A DNA stretch of 64,000 nt, from assembly GCF_052425735.1 (NCBI RefSeq), contig NC_135765.1:2542001-2606000 (forward strand), read 5' to 3'. The notes below the pieces were generated by a model. The model saw only the letters and a list, made by a program, of their open reading frames with translations, made no database searches and was not told the origin of the DNA. A program made the translations under genes and the position numbers. Positions 1-13,639 of this stretch are shown here, piece by piece. Position 1 is the stretch's first letter; every line of letters starts with the position of its first letter. Source of the stretch: Oculina patagonica. Lineage: Eukaryota.

Positions 1-216
1 TGTTGTCGTTGTTAAATAGGGGTTAGGTAAAGAACCTTCGCGGCACACCCCTATTCGAAATTCATCGGAGTACAACCACACACCCCCCCCCCTCCCCCAC
101 ACGCCCCAGCCCAGTGAAATTTAATGGTATATATGATTCGTGAAATGGTCCAAAAACTGTACGTGATGCGTGCTTAGGATCTCCCCTTTACTCAACTTTA
201 CCTACCCTGTACTTAC

Positions 217-558
217 CGGACGATCGGCGAAAGCAGCAAATTCTTTGACAAGTATGTCCTTGATTATTTCAGGATCACTGATAACTATGCAGGGTTTGCT
301 GCCAAAGATATACATGGAGAATACATGGCCGTATTTTGTGTAATATTCGTCGATCTGTAGATGAATCTTTCCCTTGTGTTTTATGGTATCGTGCAGATGT
401 CCGATCAGCGGAAGAGGAGTTGGACCGGTGGGATATGCAGCTTTCAGCGTCTGATAGGGCACGATCCCAAAGTAATAAACAACCAGCAAAATGACTGAGG
501 CGATTAAAATCGTCTGCCAGTGCTCAAGAAGCGGTTCTACGGAGTCCAAAAAATCCAT
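217..558 (-). CDS. Cytochrome P450 (clan 3 / CYP3-like), first coding exon; gene continues past the left edge
   Basis: N-terminal TM anchor (ILIASVILLVVYYFGIV), Pro-rich hinge PTGPTPLPLIG, KYGHVF, and DPEIIKDILVKEFAAFADRP typical of CYP3-clan enzymes; GTAAGT donor follows (plus-strand acttac 211-216). Confidence 0.9.
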
Positions 559-724
559 TCTCAGTTAAGCAGCTCGCTCGCCAAGCTCTAACACGTACAA
601 AGAGTCAAGTCAGCCGCCATTTTGAAAGCGCAGAAGACCCTGGGGACGAGGTTGCTCGATATTGCTCGGTTGCTCTTGTGCTTCTTGTGTCTTGTGCGGT
701 CGCATAACCCTTTTGCCTGGACCC

Positions 725-1387
725 TAATCTCGTACCCAGATGTCTACTTACCACGGTAGTACACATCTGGTCAAGTGCGTTCAATTCGCCAATGTGATTG
801 GTTAATGAACAGCTTCAGCATTTACGCGCGGATGATGCAAACTTTGTTTCGCACGCGCGCACCGTGCGTTAGCTAGTAGGAAAATATTTGGTTTTAAAGG
901 CTTTTCTACAAATGCGTCGTGTTTTGAACGTTACTAATGCGAATAAGCTATGGATACAATTTGTAGTTCAAGCTTGTTAGAACAAAATGCTTTAAAATTA
1001 CGATTTTCGTGGGTAAAAAGATGGGCAAAAAACTTTGCAAATCTGACGCGTACTTGACACGTACAGCTAGCTTGTACGCGTCAAACACAGCGCGCGCTTT
1101 TCCCCACCGTTGAAGGCTGGTTTGAGTGTTTTAATTTATCAGCAAAAACACGACTGGCGGCTTTTTTTCTTCCTCAACTCTATTTCAAGATTGTGTTACT
1201 TGTCTTTCCTTGTATGGGAAAGAAGTTCATTAGCTATTTAAAGCGGCCAAGTGAGCTTTTCATCTACTAAATTCCCGAACATGCGTAGTCGCGTCGTGTG
1301 TCACATTTCTGACACATTTGACGCGAGCAAAATCCGACTTTGCCAGATGTTCTCTCCGAGGGTTGAGAAGATCTGGGTACGAGATTA
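725..1387. mobile_element. Non-autonomous DNA transposon with TA...TA ends and 10-bp TSD
   Basis: TIR TAATCTCGTACCCAGAT (725-741) / ATCTGGGTACGAGATTA (1371-1387); flanking direct repeat GCCTGGACCC at 715-724 and 1388-1397. Confidence 0.85.
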
Positions 1388-1725
1388 GCCTGGACCCCAC
1401 TCAGGGGGGAGAGGAGAAGGAAAAACGTAATCTCTAATTTACCGGCTGTGGAATAGGTCATGTGTCAGAACAGAACTCAGTCGCAAAAATATGTCGGGGC
1501 GATTTTCCTACACAAACCTATACAGGAAAAGATCAGCGACTCTAAGTCTATATTTTTATTTTTTTCACAAGGGGGAAAAAGCCCCTTGGTAATTTGGAGC
1601 AAGGGAAGAGCCCTTTGAACGAGGTTGGCTTGCTCGATTGAGTTCGTTGATGATTGCAAGCCGTCAAAACCGTTCGCGCTAGTTCTTCAGATTTGTAGAC
1701 CAACATCTTTGAACAGTGAAAAATG

Positions 1726-1888
1726 CCCGATTCCCTCTATAGTGCGCGCCTGCCGGGAATCACGGTAGTTGTATTCATCAAACCATGCGCGAGACTCAGC
1801 AACGATGCACGCTGCTAAGTCTCGCGCATGGTTTAATGAATACAACTACTGTGATTCCCTGCAGGCGCGCGCTATAGAGGGAATCGGC
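1726..1888. repeat. Long near-perfect palindrome (foldback/MITE-like)
   Basis: Arms of about 75 bp, CCGATTCCCTCTATAG...GCGAGACTCAGC versus GCTAAGTCTCGC...CTATAGAGGGAATCGG, with a short loop. Confidence 0.85.
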
Positions 1889-1974
1889 TATTAGACATGC
1901 TAGAACCGTATCTTTGAAGTACCCGTACTTTTCTAATTTTTTTTTTACCAGCAGCAGGGAAACGAGGCTGGTTT

Positions 1975-2370
1975 TAATATGTGCGCGCGTCTGCGCGCGC
2001 TCTTGCGTCACGTAAAACTATGAACGAATCTCATTGGCTGATTTTTGCGCGCGCGTTTTGCTGCTCTTGTTATGTCATAAAAGAAAGATTTCAACTGTGA
2101 AACAAAACTTGGGCATGTTGGGGATGATTATAGCAAAGACAAAATGTTTCTTGAAAATTTCTTGGAATTGTTTGAGATTCTTACAAAGAAAAGAGAAATG
2201 AGAAAACAAGCTTAAAGGTATGTTGACTGGGCGTTTGTTTTAGAACAAATTACGCCAAAGCGTTTTAACAGGATTTTATTTAAATGGTGGCTTCGTAGTT
2301 CGTTACTTACTGGCCTACCTCCAAGAGGGCAGAGATATAATAACTAAAAAACTTTACCAAACAGATTGGT
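1975..2370. repeat. Dispersed ~400-bp segment, copy 1 (copy 2 at ~26275-26635)
   Basis: Shared blocks such as TGTTATGTCATAAAAGAAAGATT, GAAACAAAACTTGGG, AAAGGTATGTTGACTGGG and GTGGCTTCGTAGTTC in the same order and orientation. Confidence 0.85.
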
Positions 2371-4854
2371 ATTTGCGCGCTCTTTGACTGGCTTAAAAAC
2401 TTTGCTTAATCGTGATAAAAAGAAATACATAGGTTTGACGCCTGATTTCGTGAATAATAATTAGATATGAGAAAAATACAATAACTAAGATGAAAGAACC
2501 TGACTTAAAAAATGTTATTCACAATTTCAAACTGGATTTCCCAGAAAATTACTATCCCAATTTCTTTCCAACTGAAATGTCCAGTGTTGCTATCTGTTTT
2601 TCTTTTTTCTGGCTAGAAATTAATTTTGGAATTTTGTTAATTTAAGTCAACGCGAAATGAACAATATGTGCCATTTCCAAAGCTGACATTAAGCGGAGCG
2701 CCTATTCCAACATTCCTCGGTGATGACTGGAATGCGATCTTTCTCCCGACATTGTTAAGCTTACATTCAATACGCAAAAAAGTTAAACATTTCGAAAAAG
2801 ATATTGATGGTGCATTGTTTTGTGCAAACCATATTTGTCGTGGCATATCTAAATGAATATTAATTGCGTATAAGAGTTTAAGCGTCATGACACACCCATA
2901 ATTTTAGTGTTGGTCATCGTTGTTCTGTGAAGCAAACGGCGAACATCTTCCTCTATGTGCTTCGTTCAGATAAGTCCACATTTCCTCTTTTCTTTGTTTA
3001 AATGGTATTTCTTTAGTTGTTATGTAGCTTTAGTTATTGAAATTACGCTAGCTTTTAAGTTTTGCCTTTAAAACGGTCTAATGTAGCCAAGCAGTGATTT
3101 TAGTTCGAGTTACTCATCGGCCACGCCGCCGAAATCGTTGAAGTGTAATTGTTGAAATACTGAATTTCCAAACACGTTTTTTCCCGTGAGTAGTTATTGT
3201 ACTATACTGTTAGGCGGACTGTTTCTCGCGCCACTAACTTTTCGTTAGCAATTTGTATCGTATTGAATTTGTTTTCAGTTTTTATACTTGTCAGTAAGCT
3301 GGCGTCAAACCAAACTCCTTCGACGCCTCCTTCCCTTCCCAGACAGTAAATAAGAGCTTTTGCCTGGATTAGAATACAAATACCTAATCTTTTCCTGTGT
3401 GTTTCGTCAAATTTAGCAGAGCAGTAGAAGTGCTTCCAAAAGAATTTGCAAACAGAGCGGGCATGTTCAGTGTTGGCGCCAAAAAATCATGAATCAGCGA
3501 TAAGCAAGTGGGGCGTTGTTATTCCATCCTCGCCGGCCTCTTCGCGTTACAAACAATTACAATTTCAGGTAAGGTGATCGTTCGATGATTGCTTAACAGT
3601 AAATTTGTCATTTACAAGATCTTGTCTCAATTTTTAGTCTGTCTGGTAAGCCTATATGGTGTACCGGGGCAGCACTGATGTGATCTGCTTTCATACTAAG
3701 ACTGCCCTGAATGGTCATCAAATTTCAAATTGACTTAATTGCTTTACGTTGAGGTGTTCGTTAATTTGGTCAAACGACCTCAAGGATATCCTATACGGAG
3801 CATGCGCAAATGCTGCAATCGGCCAAAACAACATCGAAGTCGGCGGTAAATTTGTCCAAAATGGACTTCGTCAATGTTTCAGCGTTCCTGATTTTAGAAA
3901 TGGCCGTCATAATAGATATTTCAAAATAACTCTCGCCAGTCTTTTGAACCGACAGGGCCAAGTTTTGGCTCGGTCAACAGGGACAACTTTCTCATATAAA
4001 CGCTCGGCAAAATATAGCTCGGGAGAGAGGGTAACTCTCCTACCAGGGACAACTCTCCTCCATATAAACAGGCCCTCAGAGATTTCTGGCGGGAAACAGT
4101 TTTATTGTTAGATGTCGTTAATGAAAAGTTACTTAAGCAAAATGTCCACTGGTTTTCCTCGACATTTCGGCAGGTATCACCGACTGAAAAATCCGGAGCC
4201 GGCTAAACTGGATGAATGAAATAAAAACTTCTTTTCTTCAAGTTACTAAATACTAATGTTTTCTCTATTTTCTTCAGCTCGTTGAACAGAGATCAATACA
4301 AACAAAGTGCATCAAGTGAAGCTATTGTTTTAATCGAAGTCTGGTAGCTCTCCTCCTCTGGATTCAATTGACTATTGGAAAGATCTTATGTCAGATAAGT
4401 ATTTTTCGTAATTCTTTCGGTTATTTGCACTTTTTCGGTACAAAAACGTTTCCTATTACAATAAACTATTGTGATTTACCAGCAAGAGGAATTGAAAATC
4501 AAGATCGCAAGACTGCAGTTGATTATTTAGTGTCATTTCTGGTTCATATAACGCAATGATGAGCAAACCAAATCAAACTTGTACGAAATAGTAACGAAAA
4601 AAACTAAAAATAATGATACACCAGACTAGTGTTTAGACATCTTGTTATACAATGAAAAGTACCTTGAGTAGATTCATATCAAATTATCTTGGTTACGTGT
4701 CTACTATAAATACTTAGGTAATGAGAAAAAATCATTATCTGAAGGATATTGTCTTGTACCACCCCAATGACATTTTAAAACGTTCTGTATTGAAGGATTG
4801 ACATCTAGTGCCGCGAATTCGAACAGAAAACATATCTATTATAAGTAAAAACGC

Positions 4855-4924
4855 TAGCCTGTGTACAGCCGTCCCGCTCCGCTCAAAAAAATCGCGAGCG
4901 GAGTGGGACGGCTGTACACGGCTA
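4855..4924. mobile_element. 70-bp palindromic MITE with 9-bp TSD
   Basis: TAGCCTGTGTACAGCCGTCCC...GGGACGGCTGTACACGGCTA flanked by TAAAAACGC at 4846-4854 and 4925-4933. Confidence 0.85.
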
Positions 4925-7900
4925 TAAAAACGCAAACAACACAACAAATTGTTGAGGGAGCCGCCAGCGATCGAGTTTTTTCGAAAACTGAAATGTTACA
5001 GTGTACGTACTGACGTAACCTAAATATAAGCTACAACATAAACAGTGAAGAAAAAACTGAATAAAATTATAACCTAAACGGAGACAGTGAAAAGGAGTGT
5101 AAATGTGACAAGTACAAAATTCAAACTATTACAGGCTAGATAAGGCTAGATATAATACTCATTATTTTATACAAAAATAAGAAAAAAACAACTTCGATTA
5201 ACCTAGTCATTCACAAGGAGTGCTCCGTAAACGGGTTTAAAACCCCAATGGCAATAAATTGCAATACATGCTTATTGACAACTAAAAGAAATGCATTTTT
5301 TGCATAAAAATTTTTTTGCAGTGTTTATGTTTCGTGAGCATTAGTCAAAAGCATTTGACATCAGTCGGAGAAAAACTGAATCAAACCATACTGAAATGTT
5401 ACATCGACGTTTTAACAGTCACGATACACCATGTGTAACACTAGTATTCTTGTTTCAAAAATTCGCTCAGGGTCTTTCTTAATCTTAATCATAATCTGCT
5501 TGTTTTTGAAAAATAAAGAAAAATTAAACCTTACTCTCGTGGTGAGTAATATTTGTTTAGAGTTTGGGATTGCAAAATACCAAAATAGCTCAAACCAAAT
5601 CTAGAAACAGTGTGCTGGAACGATTGCATACCTGTATTAGCAAATTAAAAGTTCTCAACAAACTTTAAACAGCAAACTGTTAATGCAGGTAGAGATATAA
5701 AAAGAAAAAAAGAAAAAAACTAAAATACAGTCATGTATTTTTAATAACGCCTTTAGAATTGATAACATCTCTCTAATTTATGAGTCGTGGTCAGAGCACG
5801 GTTGTTCGAGATCTATACCTAGCGTACTTTTAAAATTACCAGATTTAAAAAAACACCGCAAGAAAATATGCTTAATAAAAAATGGATTTCTTTGATTTTT
5901 TGGTCTGAACTTCTCTAAAATTAGTGGTATTGGCAACTAAACCCATAAAAAACTTCATCTCTGAACATCTAAACAAAGTTTATAACGTAAGTTTGCAGAG
6001 AGAAATCAAACCACGGCTATAAATAAAGATTTTTTGAAGACGCGCGGAGACAACTTGAAAAGTTTAGCCTTAATTTTTTAAGTAGCAATCCAGTTCCATT
6101 TTAGCCATCTGCAGCAGAGGACGCTTGTAAACAGTTTCAGTGCTCTAATATGGTAATTGTTAATAAAAATGGATCATTATTATTAGGTTTCTAACGACAC
6201 AAATATTTATTTGGCTGTTTAAAAAACTGTTGAAATTCATGACAAAGCCCCTTTAAGTTATATTGATTTTTTCTTTGTTTCTCCAGGTGGTAGAGATATA
6301 AAAAAAGGGAATACAAGGGCTCCGGAGTACAACCATTATGGGTCAACTGCAAGTGACGATGGTGTAGCTATTGGATTCTGAAGCAAGTTGACTGTTGGAA
6401 ACTTCGTTTTTCCAAGATAAGTCCACAGTTTTCTTCCTTCTGTACAGTTTTGGTGGGGGACTATTAGAGTGTACTGTTTCGAATTGAATAGCAATGGTTG
6501 TAAAGTATTGCATAAAGAATATTCATTACTAGATATATCACCAAACTACTGGCAGAACCAACACTAAGAGAATTGTAAGGCAACCTATAAATTCTGAAAT
6601 GGCTAATATCCACTGAAGATTATGTTCACTTTTCTCTGCATAGTTTTAAGGTTAGTCGAATGGCGTATTGATCAATTAACGAACACGAAAAAACTGTTTA
6701 ACACTTTAAGGGAATTCAAACAAAAAACTCTCATGTCAACCCATTCCTTGCTGCTTAGAATGCATGAATAAAAACTGTAACAGTACTTGAAACAGGCCTT
6801 GGACTGTTTAACTGCATATCAACTCGTCATTTTAAGATTGCTGAAAAAATTTGTTTAACAACAACTATGAAATACTACAGACACCTCGATACTTTGACTA
6901 GTAAAGAATGTCGTTCGTGTTTAGAAGGATTTACCGGTAATTCAAAATCAAAAGATAAGGAACAGAAAAGAACAACATCGCTGTTTCCTATATCTTGTAC
7001 AAAGAGTATCGTTATTAATAATGTGTCTTCAGTTAATTTTTCTATCAAACGTGGTGAGGTGATAAACACCAGGAGAATATTGTCTTCATGTACCACCAAT
7101 ATCTCACAAATTACATTGAAATATATTTATAACAATCAGTTAGGAGAATAGATATTTTGATCTAGTATTTGAAAGCGTTAACGTTCAGTTTTCTAAACTC
7201 TACCTTGAGGGCCATCCGTGTGACGTTTCTGTAGTACGAACCTAACCAAAAACATAAACAAAACTAAACTAATTTGTTCGAAATATGTCGAGAAAGGATT
7301 TGTAAAGTGTTTGCAAAAACGAGGATTTGCGATTTTTCTGAATTCAAGAATTCAATCAAAGGAAACATGAAGCCTAAAACATACTAACGTTTTTTTGTAA
7401 ACGATAAAATTGGTAACTTTCTTATAAGACGAGTTGAAACTTTCTTTTAAGAAGATTTGTAACTTTCTTTTAAGACGATTTGCGTATGAAATGACTGAAC
7501 GAAAATTAATCATTTGTTTCGGAAGGCGTTTTTTAGCTTTTTCATACTTATTATGACATAGAATTTGTACCGGAGATGTATTTTAAGAATTTGTGTTTTT
7601 GCGACTTTGATAGCAGAAAAAATAGAGTACGACTCGTGGCTCTATAGCATTTGTCGTCGGGACGTTTATCCTTTTCAAATATTTGGAAACGTGTGTGAAT
7701 TCGTTTTTGTTTAGCAATAAATAAAGTAAATATCGATAGAATTACACTACTTTGACTCAACTTTAAAAATAATCTATTTTCTATTTTTAATTATGTCATT
7801 TCAAGAAGTTTGTTGCTGTTTATTTAACAATTCTCAAAGTCAAAAACTGTTGAACAAAAATTATTCGGAAAAATGATTGAACAACTAGGCCCAGTTAAGA

Positions 7901-9242
7901 TAAAAAGTTAGATCCAATTAGCCTAAGAACACAGCAATACCTTAACACAAAATTGTTGTTTTGTATAACCTGTTTATCGTATTGAAGTTGGCAACAGAAA
8001 ATTCTGAACATTACGTTTATCCCACTTTGTAGGTATTACAAATCATATTTGGAAGAATAACTAAAAGGGAGTTTATTTTCGAGGAACGGTATTATCCGGC
8101 GAAACACTGAAATCTCTTTAAATTGTTATCATGACTTGAAAAAATTCCTAAAGTTATTCCGTCTAAAACTGATGACATATTTTTTGGTATAAAATTTAAA
8201 AACTTGGAGTAGTACGTTTTTATAACTTCTTGACATTATTACCTCAACCTCACAAATTATCTTTGCTCGTCACGAATGTTTTGCTTATTTTTCTTCTTGC
8301 GACCCTGAGAACGATTTTGATTCTTAAGCTCACTTGTATTAGAATTTTTTATACGCCATTGTAAAAATCTAAAACATGGCTCATTTAATGTTTTCAAAAC
8401 GTTCACTACAAAAGTTTAATAGTTGACATATTTTGACCATAGCAACAGCAAGGTACAGTTCCCAAAATGCTCTTCCGAGATACCTCAAAATTATAATTTC
8501 ATCACACAAGCAAAGATCGATTATACGTGTGCAGTTCAGTTACTTTTTCTTACAGCTTATTAGATTGTTAAGTAGTATTTGCAAGAGTTTGGTGCGGGCT
8601 GAACTAGCGCATACTTAAAAAATTTGTAAACTTAGGAACGACCAAATGTTCTCAGTTTCGCAGTTCAAGTTTTCCATTTATCAGTTAAATTAACATCTTA
8701 AACACGCCTTCTAATAGATCAATATTCTACTTGATAAAGGAACGCAGACATGAGAAGGATTTGCACGGAAATGAATAGTGAAGCATCACAGTTGTGTATA
8801 ACAAAACATGAAGAATGTGTCAAGAATAAACCAAGATTATTAAAGAAAAAGCATTGACTGCATTTTGTAATCTTTCGTAACATGAGTTTGCTTATTTACC
8901 AAGCACTCTAAGTGGCGGCATCTACAGAAGCCAACAATCAATACAAAAAACTGGTTTTCAAGTGGGAAACGCAATACAGAAATTAAAGTAACGAAAATCA
9001 AAATTTAACTCATGTAAAGAAAGTGTGAAGAGCAAAATAAATGAAGACGATGAAACGCTCTTAAAACTTTCTACTAAAAACATTTATTATTCATAATTAA
9101 ACATTGAATAAGAAAAAAAGTCGAGCATTCTAAAAAATGCTCAGTCAAAACATGTGTCCTTGTGTCCTTCTTTCCTATATAAAATGTTACTCGATTTCAG
9201 CAACATTTAGAAACTCCAAAGACAAGGTTGGGAGAAACAACG

Positions 9243-12200
9243 ACTCCCACATACCCTTCTCCCACTCCCCTCCGGAGAAGGAGAGAGTGGAGGGGGAGGT
9301 ACTCCCACACACCCTTCTCCCACTCCCCTCCGGAGAAGGAGAGAGTGGAGGGGGAGGTACTCCCACACACCCTTCTCCCACTCCCCTCCGGAGAAGGAGA
9401 GAGTGGAGGGGGAGGTACTCCCACACACCCTTCTCCCACTCCCCTCCGGAGAAGGAGAGAGTGGAGGGGGAGGTACTCCCACACACCCTTCTCCCACTCC
9501 CCTCCGGAGAAGGAGAGAGTGGAGGGGGAGGTACTCCCACACACCCTTCTCCCACTCCCCTCCGGAGAAGGAGAGAGTGGAGGGGGAGGTACTCCCACAC
9601 ACCCTTCTCCCACTCCCCTCCGGAGAAGGAGAGAGTGGAGGGGGAGGTACTCCCACACACCCTTCTCCCACTCCCCTCCGGAGAAGGAGAGAGTGGAGGG
9701 GGAGGTACTCCCCACACACCCTTCTCCCACTCCCCTCCGGAGAAGGAGAGAGTGGAGGGGGAGGTACTCCCACACACCCTTCTCCCACTCCCCTCCGGAG
9801 AAGGAGAGAGTGGAGGGGGAGGTACTCCCACACACCCTTCTCCCACTCCCCTCCGGAGAAGGAGAGAGTGGAGGGGGGAGGTACTCCCACACACCCTTCT
9901 CCCACTCCCCTCCGGAGAAGGAGAGAGTGGAGGGGGAGGTACTCCCACACACCCTTCTCCCACTCCCCTCCGGAGAAGGAGAGAGTGGAGGGGGGAGGTA
10001 CTCCCACACACCCTTCTCCCACTCCCCTCCGGAGAAGGAGAGAGTGGAGGGGGAGGTACTCCCACACACCCTTCTCCCACTCCCCTCCGGAGAAGGAGAG
10101 AGTGGAGGGGGAGGTACTCCCACACACCCTTCTCCCACTCCCCTCCGGAGAAGGAGAGAGTGGAGGGGGAGGTACTCCCACACACCCTTCTCCCACTCCC
10201 CTCCGGAGAAGGAGAGAGTGGAGGGGGAGGTACTCCCACACACCCTTCTCCCACTCCCCTCCGGAGAAGGAGAGAGTGGAGGGGGAGGTACTCCCACACA
10301 CCCTTCTCCCACTCCCCTCCGGAGAAGGAGAGAGTGGAGGGGGAGGTACTCCCACACACCCTTCTCCCACTCCCCTCCGGAGAAGGAGAGAGTGGAGGGG
10401 GAGGTACTCCCACACACCCTTCTCCCACTCCCCTCCGGAGAAGGAGAGAGTGGAGGGGGAGGTACTCCCACACACCCTTCTCCCACTCCCCTCCGGAGAA
10501 GGAGAGAGTGGAGGGGGAGGTACTCCCACACACCCTTCTCCCACTCCCCTCCGGAGAAGGAGAGAGTGGAGGGGGAGGTACTCCCACACACCCTTCTCCC
10601 ACTCCCCTCCGGAGAAGGAGAGAGTGGAGGGGGAGGTACTCCCACACACCCTTCTCCCACTCCCCTCCGGAGAAGGAGAGAGTGGAGGGGGAGGTACTCC
10701 CACACACCCTTCTCCCACTCCCCTCCGGAGAAGGAGAGAGTGGAGGGGGAGGTACTCCCACACACCCTTCTCCCACTCCCCTCCGGAGAAGGAGAGAGTG
10801 GAGGGGGAGGTACTCCCACACACCCTTCTCCCACTCCCCTCCGGAGAAGGAGAGAGTGGAGGGGGAGGTACTCCCACACACCCTTCTCCCACTCCCCTCC
10901 GGAGAAGGAGAGAGTGGAGGGGGAGGTACTCCCACACACCCTTCTCCCACTCCCCTCCGGAGAAGGAGAGAGTGGAGGGGGAGGTACTCCCACACACCCT
11001 TCTCCCACTCCCCTCCGGAGAAGGAGAGAGTGGAGGGGGAGGTACTCCCACACACCCTTCTCCCACTCCCCTCCGGAGAAGGAGAGAGTGGAGGGGGAGG
11101 TACTCCCACACACCCTTCTCCCACTCCCCTCCGGAGAAGGAGAGAGTGGAGGGGGAGGTACTCCCACACACCCTTCTCCCACTCCCCTCCGGAGAAGGAG
11201 AGAGTGGAGGGGGAGGTACTCCCACACACCCTTCTCCCACTCCCCTCCGGAGAAGGAGAGAGTGGAGGGGGAGGTACTCCCACACACCCTTCTCCCACTC
11301 CCCTCCGGAGAAGGAGAGAGTGGAGGGGGAGGTACTCCCACACACCCTTCTCCCACTCCCCTCCGGAGAAGGAGAGAGTGGAGGGGGAGGTACTCCCACA
11401 CACCCTTCTCCCACTCCCCTCCGGAGAAGGAGAGAGTGGAGGGGGAGGTACTCCCACACACCCTTCTCCCACTCCCCTCCGGAGAAGGAGAGAGTGGAGG
11501 GGGAGGTACTCCCACACACCCTTCTCCCACTCCCCTCCGGAGAAGGAGAGAGTGGAGGGGGAGGTACTCCCACACACCCTTCTCCCACTCCCCTCCGGAG
11601 AAGGAGAGAGTGGAGGGGGAGGTACTCCCACACACCCTTCTCCCACTCCCCTCCGGAGAAGGAGAGAGTGGAGGGGGAGGTACTCCCACACACCCTTCTC
11701 CCACTCCCCTCCGGAGAAGGAGAGAGTGGAGGGGGAGGTACTCCCACACACCCTTCTCCCACTCCCCTCCGGAGAAGGAGAGAGTGGAGGGGGAGGTACT
11801 CCCACACACCCTTCTCCCACTCCCCTCCGGAGAAGGAGAGAGTGGAGGGGGAGGTACTCCCACACACCCTTCTCCCACTCCCCTCCGGAGAAGGAGAGAG
11901 TGGAGGGGGAGGTACTCCCACACACCCTTCTCCCACTCCCCTCCGGAGAAGGAGAGAGTGGAGGGGGAGGTACTCCCACACACCCTTCTCCCACTCCCCT
12001 CCGGAGAAGGAGAGAGTGGAGGGGGAGGTACTCCCACACACCCTTCTCCCACTCCCCTCCGGAGAAGGAGAGAGTGGAGGGGGAGGTACTCCCACACACC
12101 CTTCTCCCACTCCCCTCCGGAGAAGGAGAGAGTGGAGGGGGAGGTACTCCCACACACCCTTCTCCCACTCCCCTCCGGAGAAGGAGAGAGTGGAGGGGGA

Positions 12201-13438
12201 GGTACTCCCACACACCCTTCTCCCACTCCCCTCCGGAGAAGGAGAGAGTGGAGGGGGAGGTACTCCCACACACCCTTCTCCCACTCCCCTCCGGAGAAGG
12301 AGAGAGTGGAGGGGGAGGTACTCCCACACACCCTTCTCCCACTCCCCTCCGGAGAAGGAGAGAGTGGAGGGGGAGGTACTCCCACACACCCTTCTCCCAC
12401 TCCCCTCCGGAGAAGGAGAGAGTGGAGGGGGAGGTACTCCCACACACCCTTCTCCCACTCCCCTCCGGAGAAGGAGAGAGTGGAGGGGGAGGTACTCCCA
12501 CACACCCTTCTCCCACTCCCCTCCGGAGAAGGAGAGAGTGGAGGGGGAGGTACTCCCACACACCCTTCTCCCACTCCCCTCCGGAGAAGGAGAGAGTGGA
12601 GGGGGAGGTACTCCCACACACCCTTCTCCCACTCCCCTCCGGAGAAGGAGAGAGTGGAGGGGGAGGTACTCCCACACACCCTTCTCCCACTCCCCTCCGG
12701 AGAAGGAGAGAGTGGAGGGGGAGGTACTCCCACACACCCTTCTCCCACTCCCCTCCGGAGAAGGAGAGAGTGGAGGGGGAGGTACTCCCACACACCCTTC
12801 TCCCACTCCCCTCCGGAGAAGGAGAGAGTGGAGGGGGAGGTACTCCCACACACCCTTCTCCCACTCCCCTCCGGAGAAGGAGAGAGTGGAGGGGGAGGTA
12901 CTCCCACACACCCTTCTCCCACTCCCCTCCGGAGAAGGAGAGAGTGGAGGGGGAGGTACTCCCACACACCCTTCTCCCACTCCCCTCCGGAGAAGGAGAG
13001 AGTGGAGGGGGAGGTACTCCCACACACCCTTCTCCCACTCCCCTCCGGAGAAGGAGAGAGTGGAGGGGGAGGTACTCCCACACACCCTTCTCCCACTCCC
13101 CTCCGGAGAAGGAGAGAGTGGAGGGGGAGGTACTCCCACACACCCTTCTCCCACTCCCCTCCGGAGAAGGAGAGAGTGGAGGGGGAGGTACTCCCACACA
13201 CCCTTCTCCCACTCCCCTCCGGAGAAGGAGAGAGTGGAGGGGGAGGTACTCCCACACACCCTTCTCCCACTCCCCTCCGGAGAAGGAGAGAGTGGAGGGG
13301 GAGGTACTCCCACACACCCTTCTCCCACTCCCCTCCGGAGAAGGAGAGAGTGGAGGGGGAGGTACTCCCACACACCCTTCTCCCACTCCCCTCCGGAGAA
13401 GGAGAGAGTGGAGGGGGAGGTACTCCCACACACCCTTC
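9243..13438. repeat. 58-bp tandem minisatellite, about 72 near-identical copies
   Basis: Unit TACTCCCACACACCCTTCTCCCACTCCCCTCCGGAGAAGGAGAGAGTGGAGGGGGAGG; only a few single-base indel variants near 9710, 9875 and 9990. Confidence 0.98.
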
Positions 13439-13639
13439 CTGGATTAATTTATTCATATATTCCTGCAACACAAAATAGGAAACAACGGTGTCTTCTGTGG
13501 TGCTGGCTTTGTCATCATTGTTTCTTTTACATTTAAATTTTGTTTACTCCCTATCACAACCCGTCTTTTTCAGAACGCTTAACAGCGATGGATATATTCT
13601 TTTGTGCGAGGGGCTGTTTATTCCATCTAAAATTTTCAA

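Noticed and set aside
9137-13536. Six ~1400-aa ORFs on both strands
   Set aside because: Products of a stop-free 58-bp repeat; the unit is not a multiple of 3, all frames give the same peptide, and there is no synonymous variation.
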